Assembly: GCA_039931685.1 (NCBI GenBank)
Contig: JBDTRK010000004.1
Coordinates: 426 to 64,425 of the forward strand
Length of the DNA stretch: 64,000 nucleotides
Reading direction: 5' to 3'
From: Betaproteobacteria bacterium
GTDB lineage: Bacteria > Pseudomonadota > Gammaproteobacteria > Burkholderiales > JACQAP01
This document shows, piece after piece, positions 28,219-34,753 of the stretch. Numbering within the stretch: position 1 is the first letter of the stretch; each line of letters begins with the position of its first letter. Both the position numbers and the translations under genes were made by a program. The notes beneath the pieces were generated by a model, which did not search any database, was not told the DNA's origin, and worked only from the letters and a program-made list of their open reading frames with translations.

Positions 28219-28848
28219 CTATTCCACCAGCCCGTGTTTCATGGCGTAGCGCACCAGATCCGTATTGCTGTCGAGCTTGAGCTTCTTGAGTATGCGGATC
28301 CGGTAGGTACTGACCGTATTTGGACTCAGGATTAACTCCTCGGCGATGTTCGAGATCGATTTTCCGGACGCGATCATCCACATGACACGGTATTCGCGAT
28401 CTGACAGCGACTCGTGGGGAAGGCCTTCCGAACCCGCTTCGAGTTCGAGCGCCAGCTTTTCCGCAAGCGATGCGCTGACGTACTTCTTGCCGCTGACGGC
28501 TTTCCTGATCGCGACCGTCAGTTCCTCGGAGGCGCACTCCTTGTTTATGTAACCCGCCGCCCCTGCCCGCAACGCCGAGATTGCGATCGCGTCTTCCGGA
28601 TGCATGCTCAGTATGAGGACAGGGCGATGCGGATAGGCATGCTTGATTTCCTTCAAGACCTGCAGGCCGTTGCCTCCCGGCATGGAGTAGTCGAGGATCA
28701 GCACATCCCAGTCGACGTTGCGCACGGCTTCCAGCGTTTCACCGAAGTTCTTCGCTTCACCGACCACGGACATGTCCGGTTCCGCGGCAAGGATCTGCTT
28801 CAATCCCTGGCGCACCACCGTATGATCGTCCGCAATGAGGATGTTCAT
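28219..28848 (-). CDS. NarL/FixJ-family response regulator
   Basis: MNILIADDHTVVRQGL...VLILDYSMPGGNG, followed by the LuxR HTH (LSDREYRVMWMIASGKSISNIAEELILSPNTVSTYR). Confidence 0.92.
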   Translation of the reverse strand: MNILIADDHTVVRQGLKQILAAEPDMSVVGEAKNFGETLEAVRNVDWDVLILDYSMPGGNGLQVLKEIKHAYPHRPVLILSMHPEDAIAISALRAGAAGYINKECASEELTVAIRKAVSGKKYVSASLAEKLALELEAGSEGLPHESLSDREYRVMWMIASGKSISNIAEELILSPNTVSTYRIRILKKLKLDSNTDLVRYAMKHGLVE

Positions 28849-28932
28849 CGCGCTACATTCGCTCCGGGTTCAATAGCATGCGTGGCCGACGTCCGTCATT
28901 GCCGGACGCTCGATACGGGCACAAACCGGGTG

Positions 28933-30051
28933 CTATGGCTTGCCCCGCTCTGGAAATGGAATTGAAAGCGTGACGGACGTGCCTTTGCCATCGATGCCCT
29001 CGATCTCGACCCGACCTCCCAGGATATGCGCGCGCTCCTTGACGCCAACCAGTCCCAGTGATTTCGGGCTGCGCAAGTCTGTCTGTGCAATTCCCCGGCC
29101 ATTGTCGACGATTTTCAGTATGAGTTGATCGGCATCCAGCCGCAACTTAATGTCGACCCGCGTCGCTTTGGCATGGCGCGCCACGTTGGTCATGACCTCC
29201 TGGAAGATCCGGAAAACGGCGGTAGACCGCGGCTGGTCCATGACGAATTCCTCTTCCGGCAAATCCACCTTACAGCGGATGCCTGTGCGCGCCTGAAATT
29301 CCCTGGCCTGCCATTTCAGGGTACCCGTGAGTCCGACATCGTCGAGCACCTGAGGTCTGAGTTCCGAGGAAATCTTGCGCACGGATTGAATCGTTTCGTC
29401 GATGAGCCGGAACATCGATTTCACCTTCTCGGCCTGCTCTTCGAGTCCCTTGGGCAGTCTTTTCTCCAGCCACGACAAATCCATCTTCAGCCCGGTCAGC
29501 GCCTGTCCCAGTTCGTCGTGGATCTCGCGCGCCATGCTGGTTCGCTCCTCTTCCCGGACGGCCTGTATGTGCGCGGCGAACTCGCGCAGCCTTTCTTCCG
29601 ATTCGCGAAGGTTCTGCTCGATCACCTTGCGCTCGGCGATTTCCCTGCCGAGTTCCGCGTTGTAGCGGTAAAGATCGGCGAAGACCGATATTTTCGATCT
29701 GAGGATCTCAGGCACGAGAGGCTTCAGCAGATAGTCCACGCCCCCCACTTCATAGCCCCGGAAGCTGGAAACCGCGTCGTCGTAGCTGCCCGATAAGAAT
29801 ATGATCGGCGTATGTCGCGAGCGTTCGCATTGCCGGATCAACCTGGCAGTCGCGAAGCCGTCCCGGTCCGGCATCCGTACGCTCAGCAGAATGACGGCAA
29901 AATCGACCTGCGTCGCGTGGCGCAAGGCCTCCTGCGCATTACCTGCGGTCGTGATCTCCACGTCCAGGCTTGCGACGATTTCGCGGCACTCCCGCAGCGC
30001 CGAGGCGTCGTCTTCGACGATCAGGATATTTGGTTTTGACAGGCTGGACAT
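28933..30051 (-). CDS. receiver-HisKA_3-HATPase hybrid kinase (N-terminal REC)
   Basis: N-terminal receiver (ILIVEDDASALRE...VILLSVRMPDRDGF...IIFLSG), a coiled linker, a HisKA_3 H-box (REIHDELGQALTGLKMDL) and HATPase boxes (EVMTNVARHA, DNGRGI, SLGLVGVKERA). Confidence 0.9.
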   Translation of the reverse strand: MSSLSKPNILIVEDDASALRECREIVASLDVEITTAGNAQEALRHATQVDFAVILLSVRMPDRDGFATARLIRQCERSRHTPIIFLSGSYDDAVSSFRGYEVGGVDYLLKPLVPEILRSKISVFADLYRYNAELGREIAERKVIEQNLRESEERLREFAAHIQAVREEERTSMAREIHDELGQALTGLKMDLSWLEKRLPKGLEEQAEKVKSMFRLIDETIQSVRKISSELRPQVLDDVGLTGTLKWQAREFQARTGIRCKVDLPEEEFVMDQPRSTAVFRIFQEVMTNVARHAKATRVDIKLRLDADQLILKIVDNGRGIAQTDLRSPKSLGLVGVKERAHILGGRVEIEGIDGKGTSVTLSIPFPERGKP

Positions 30052-30861
30052 GGCGGCGCTCGCCGGATCCCATCGGCAGGTGACGTTGCAGGACTGATGA
30101 CAATATCACGCGGGAGGCATGTTTCCGTTCGAGGTTGCGTCGCCTTGCGGCGCATCGACCGCAAATCGAAGTTCATCCGGGCAAGCGTACCGGCGTATCA
30201 GTCCAGCCACAACGCGAGTCTGGAAACGCCGGACCGTGCATCGCAGACCGGCTTGCGATCTTGCGATGCGGCGACCCGACACCTACCGCGGCTTCATGCG
30301 ATGTGAATGCCGCAATTGCAGGTGAAGCGATTCACTTGCACGCCCTTCCCTGCCTCGCCTGCACGGACCGGCCCCCGCATCGGGGCCAGGCCATGAGCTT
30401 GTCAATCGCGCCGACGGGCTCGCCCCTCGACGACGTCCCGCCGTAGTCATCGCCTCTCCCAAAAATTTCGCCAGGCCACTTCGCGTCCGGCCCGGCTCGG
30501 GCGCGCTTTGCGCGACAACGAGTTGAGCCGGGCTGCAGCGCTCAAGTTCCCGATTGCCAACCGCACAGGGTCTGGGACCTTGCCCGGCCGACAACGCTAA
30601 CCCCCTCTCGCACATCAGCAATTTATCGCTCTCGGGACGAACAAGGCGCCCTGTCGTTCAAGCCAGACAGCTTTTTGTGAGCGCAAACAACGGTCTCAAT
30701 GAATATGGGCATCAGTTGTCGCCCTGACACTACATCTCTGTAGTGGTTAATCTACACTCCTCCATCTATCCATCTATTTATAAATGACTTTCTGAAGCGG
30801 CATGCGTCTTGCAGACAGATGCAGTGAAGCAAATTTTGCTCACTCATTTGGAGGTTCGATC

Positions 30862-32229
30862 ATGGACTGCAATATCGCCTTGCCAGTACTTCATAGTAGC
30901 GGTGATCCCGGTGGCTTCATACGTAACAACCCTGAGCGTCACGCTGCAAGTTCTTCGGTCGCCGCCTATCGGACTCGCGCACTTCATTCGGCTTCTGTCG
31001 GGATTCTCCTGGTCGGCATCTCGTTGATCGCCGCGTGCGGGAGCGGCGGCGGCGGCTCGGATGCGAGTGCGGCTGCAGGTAAGAATCGCGGTGGCGGTGG
31101 AACAGCCTCGACGACCGTCCCTAGCACGACACCAACCACAACCCCAACCACAACCCCAACCACTACCCCAACCACTACCCCGACCGGCACCGCTACCACT
31201 CGCGACGTGCTCCAGCAGCCTTTCGCGGTCACCAGCATTTGGAACATGCCGATCGGCAGCAACGCCGTCTATGTGCCCGCAAACATACCGGCGATTCCCT
31301 ACAGCCCGAATGAATGGGCACCGATGCCGGTCATTGACAGGGAAATCATCGTCCTCACGCCGACCGCGCCGCTGACAAATATCTACTACAGCAGCGCGGC
31401 CTGGACCGGAGCCAACCGTTGTGCCCCTACCGGCAGCATGATTTTCCAGTTGCCTATCCCGAGCAACTTTGTCGTCCCCAACGCACCCGGCAATGGAAGC
31501 GCGGCGTTCCTCAAGGCGGATGGACGCACCCTGGTTCAGACGCAGCCGTTTACGCGCTGCACCGCTGGCGCATCGGGAACTTCGCTTACCGACGCGTCCA
31601 GTTTTCCTGAGGTCGATCTCCATGGCGACGGCATCCGCGGTTCTCATGGCGGCTCGGGACTATCGGCAATTGGCGGGTCCATCCGCGTGGGTGAACTGCG
31701 CCCCGGAAGCAAGGGACCGGCACACGCCCTCAAGGTGGCTGTCGACTCGCCACAGGTTCTCTTCGCGTGCACGACCGCCAGCCAGTGTTTCCGTTGGCCG
31801 GCGGATAGAGCCGACGGTGGTGCCGTGGGCTCTTACGGCAGGCTCCGCCCCAGCAACAGCAGCGCAATGAAGATGGGCGCGCTGCTCGCCATCCCGGCCT
31901 CGACGAACCTGTCAAACCTGGGCCTGGAGACGGAACCAGGAAAGCAGCTCGCCTGGACGCTGCAGAACTACGGCGCTTACATCGACGACAGCACGGGCGG
32001 TCCAGCCGTAGTCATCAACGCCGAGGACGGCTATCACGGATCCGTGATAACGCAGTTCCAGAACGATTGGGGCTTCCCGATGGAACAACGCGTGAACAGC
32101 AACTCGCCGTGGTCCCGCGACATGCAACGTTTGATGACGGCGCTTTATGTTGTGGACAATAACAGCCCAACCACCATTGGCGGCGGCGGCACGCCCCTTC
32201 AGCCTCTTGCCGCGGCGTTGAGCAACTGA
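30862..32229 (+). CDS. secreted lipoprotein with Thr/Pro linker and uncharacterised ~330-aa C-terminal domain
   Basis: The ATG at 30862 is preceded by TGGAGG. Signal/lipobox: GILLVGISLIAAC followed by GSGGGG. The linker is (TTTP)n. The C-terminal domain has enzyme-like conserved-looking blocks (HGGSGLSAIGGSIRVGEL, FRWPADRADG) that I cannot assign to a family. Confidence 0.7.
   Translation: MDCNIALPVLHSSGDPGGFIRNNPERHAASSSVAAYRTRALHSASVGILLVGISLIAACGSGGGGSDASAAAGKNRGGGGTASTTVPSTTPTTTPTTTPTTTPTTTPTGTATTRDVLQQPFAVTSIWNMPIGSNAVYVPANIPAIPYSPNEWAPMPVIDREIIVLTPTAPLTNIYYSSAAWTGANRCAPTGSMIFQLPIPSNFVVPNAPGNGSAAFLKADGRTLVQTQPFTRCTAGASGTSLTDASSFPEVDLHGDGIRGSHGGSGLSAIGGSIRVGELRPGSKGPAHALKVAVDSPQVLFACTTASQCFRWPADRADGGAVGSYGRLRPSNSSAMKMGALLAIPASTNLSNLGLETEPGKQLAWTLQNYGAYIDDSTGGPAVVINAEDGYHGSVITQFQNDWGFPMEQRVNSNSPWSRDMQRLMTALYVVDNNSPTTIGGGGTPLQPLAAALSN
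31129..31184 (+). repeat. 12-bp tandem repeat encoding (T-T-T-P)n linker
   Basis: aca cca acc aca acc cca acc aca acc cca acc act acc cca acc act acc ccg acc. About 4.5 in-frame copies of ACN-ACC-CCA-ACC. Confidence 0.9.
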
Positions 32230-32236
32230 CTTCCGG

Positions 32237-32260
32237 ATGCGCTCGGTGCGCCGAGCGCAT
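32237..32260 (+). other. perfect 10-bp stem-loop immediately after the stop of 30862..32229
   Basis: ATGCGCTCGG-tgcg-CCGAGCGCAT. No T-tract follows, so it may be a weak terminator or an RNA-stabilising hairpin. Confidence 0.45.
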
Positions 32261-32480
32261 TCGCGTATTGCTGCGAGGCCATGGTCCGAACGGACTACGC
32301 AGATACAATTGAATCTCGAGCGCCGATGCGGGATAGTAACGACCGGTGTAGTTAAAGCACTACGCTGGAACAGAGTCAGGTGGTCAGCCCGCTGTCAACA
32401 GCCCAGGCAAGCTCGGGCCAGGCAATGTGTAGGCACCTGTGGGTTCACGATGTTGGTTGAATCTGGTGGATGAAGTTCAA

Positions 32481-32513
32481 AAGGGTACACCGACAGGTCG
32501 TACCCTTTTTTTT
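32481..32513 (+). terminator. rho-independent terminator
   Basis: AAGGGTAC-(11-nt loop)-GTACCCTT followed by a run that brings the total to eight T. It lies ~250 nt downstream of the nearest plus-strand stop codon. Confidence 0.6.
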
Positions 32514-32711
32514 GCCCAGGCCTTGGTGCGCGCTTCAATTCGGCCGGCCCACGCAATCGCGACGTTGCCCGACACGACCGCAGCATGAGCCACTTGGACC
32601 ATGCGCCGTCGGCGCGAGCAATCATTGTCTGCATTTGACGACGAGTAGATTTGCATCTGCGCCATTCCGAACGCTGTTCAGGCGCTGTCGCGAGTAATCC
32701 CCCGACCAACG

Positions 32712-33533
32712 ATGCAAGCTTGCAGTCAAATTGTGAATAAACTGAATACAGGTTCGCCGCAATCTCCGGAGGTCGCGACGCTGACCGCGGAAGCCGCGTC
32801 GCAACTTGCCGGCGACGCCGTCGAGGTCGTGGTCGCCCGGCTGGACGTGGAGCCGGATGCGGTCAATGCGCTGGCAGGCTGGCTCGATGGCGATGAGCGT
32901 AAGCGGGCGCTTCGCTTTGAATTCGAACGCGACCGCCAGCGATTCATTGTTGCGCGGGGACGCCTGCGGCAATTGCTTGGCGCGCGCCTGGATACCGAAC
33001 CGCAATCGGTCGAGCTGTCGTATGGAACACACGGCAAGCCCGTTCTCGCACACGGATCCGCGGACCAGGACTGGCGCTTCAATGTCTCGCATTCCAGGGA
33101 CGTCGCGGTGTTCGCCTTTTGTCGCGGGCGCGAAGTGGGCATTGACGTCGAAGCGGTCCATTCCGTCCATTGCGCTGACGCCGTTGCGGCGCATTTCTTC
33201 TCGCGCAATGAACTGGAGACGTACCTGGCGCTCGACGAGCCGGACAAGGAGCTGGGTTTCTTCCATTGCTGGACACGCAAGGAAGCGTTCATCAAGGCCC
33301 TTGGCGACGGCCTGCGTTATCCCCTGGACTCTTTCGATGTCTCCCTGTCGCCGCGCGTGCCCGCCAGACTCCTGCGTGTCGGAAATCTGGACGGCAACCA
33401 CTCCGGATGGTACCTGCGCAGCTTCATTCCGACGCCGGGCTATGTCGCAGCGATCGTCATCGAGCGCTCCAGGGCCGCGACCAACGATGCCGCCTTTCTG
33501 AAGGGTCCCGCCTGCAAGCTATGGACGCGATGA
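32712..33533 (+). CDS. Sfp/EntD-type 4'-phosphopantetheinyl transferase
   Basis: GKPVL...FNVSHSRDVAVFAF...VGIDVE and FFHCWTRKEAFIKALG are the canonical PPTase motifs. The stop overlaps the next gene's start. Confidence 0.88.
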   Translation: MQACSQIVNKLNTGSPQSPEVATLTAEAASQLAGDAVEVVVARLDVEPDAVNALAGWLDGDERKRALRFEFERDRQRFIVARGRLRQLLGARLDTEPQSVELSYGTHGKPVLAHGSADQDWRFNVSHSRDVAVFAFCRGREVGIDVEAVHSVHCADAVAAHFFSRNELETYLALDEPDKELGFFHCWTRKEAFIKALGDGLRYPLDSFDVSLSPRVPARLLRVGNLDGNHSGWYLRSFIPTPGYVAAIVIERSRAATNDAAFLKGPACKLWTR

Positions 33534-34717
33534 ATCCGGTCGCCAGTGATCGGCGGCAACCCGTAGTGCCTTCCGGCAGCTATCGCTCCGCATGGATCGA
33601 CGACGAGGTGCGGATGTTCCGCAAGACCGCATCCCAGTTCATCCAGAAGGAATTCGCGCCTCACTATGCCCGCTGGTGCACCCAGCAACGCCCCGATGCC
33701 GACGCCTGGACGAAGGCGGGCGGCGTAGGCCTGCTTCTGCCTGACATTCCCGAAGCGTACGGCGGCGGTGGCGGCACCTTCGCCCATGAAACCGTGGTCC
33801 TGGAGGAACTTGCCCAGGCCGGGATCCAGTTCGGTGCCAGCATCCAGAGCATCGTCGCACACTACATCCTCGCCTACGGCAGGGAAGAGCAGAAACGCCA
33901 TTGGCTTCCCCGTATGGCGCGCGGTGAACTGGTGGCCGCCATCGCCATGAGCGAGCCTTCCGCGGGCTCCGACCTGCAGGGCATCAAGACCACTGCCCGG
34001 CGCGACGGCGACCACTATGTCATCAAAGGTTCGAAGACGTTCGTCACCAACGGCTGGCACGCCGGGATCGTCTGCCTGGCGGTGAAAACCGATCCCGCAA
34101 GCGCCGGCCTGAAAGGACTTTCCCTCGTCATCGTCGAAACGAAAAATCTTCCCGGCTACCACGTCGGGCGCTCGCTCGAAAAGGTCGGCATGCACGCGCA
34201 GGATACCTGCGAGATCTTCTTCGACGACGTGCGCGTGCCGGCCTCGAACCTTCTCGGCGCCGCTGAAGGCAAGGGCTTTTCCCAGATGATGGAGCAACTG
34301 CCCTACGAGCGCCTCACGGTCGGCGTAAGCGCCGTCGCAACAGCGGAGCGTGCGGTCGCCATTACCACCCAATATGTCAAGGACAGAACGGCCTTCAGCA
34401 AGCCGCTCATCGATTTTCAGAATACCCGCTTCCAGCTCGCCCAATGCGTGACCGAAGCGCAGATCGGGCGCGTCTTTCTGGACAACTGCATCGAGCGTTT
34501 CATCGCCGGAGGGCTCGACGACGTTACGACGGCCATGGCGAAGTACTGGCTCACCGAGTGTGAATGCCGCATCGTCGACGCGTGCATGCAGTTGCATGGC
34601 GGTTACGGCGTCATGATGGAGTATCCGATTGCCCGCATGTGGGTCGACAGCCGTGCGCAACGGATCTACGCCGGCACAAATGAAATCATGAAGGAGTTGA
34701 TCGCCTGGTCGTTGTAA
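33521..34717 (+). CDS. acyl-CoA dehydrogenase-family flavoenzyme
   Basis: ACAD N, middle and C regions (AIAMSEPSAGSDLQGIKTTA, GSKTFVTNG, HGGYGVMMEYPIARMWVDSRAQRIYAGTNEIMKELIA). The ATG at 33521 or 33530 overlaps the PPTase stop. The ORF-track start at 33266 lies inside the PPTase gene. Confidence 0.88.
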   Translation: MDAMNPVASDRRQPVVPSGSYRSAWIDDEVRMFRKTASQFIQKEFAPHYARWCTQQRPDADAWTKAGGVGLLLPDIPEAYGGGGGTFAHETVVLEELAQAGIQFGASIQSIVAHYILAYGREEQKRHWLPRMARGELVAAIAMSEPSAGSDLQGIKTTARRDGDHYVIKGSKTFVTNGWHAGIVCLAVKTDPASAGLKGLSLVIVETKNLPGYHVGRSLEKVGMHAQDTCEIFFDDVRVPASNLLGAAEGKGFSQMMEQLPYERLTVGVSAVATAERAVAITTQYVKDRTAFSKPLIDFQNTRFQLAQCVTEAQIGRVFLDNCIERFIAGGLDDVTTAMAKYWLTECECRIVDACMQLHGGYGVMMEYPIARMWVDSRAQRIYAGTNEIMKELIAWSL

Positions 34718-34753
34718 CTGTTTCTCCAAGATGGAACACACGGAAATGAAATC

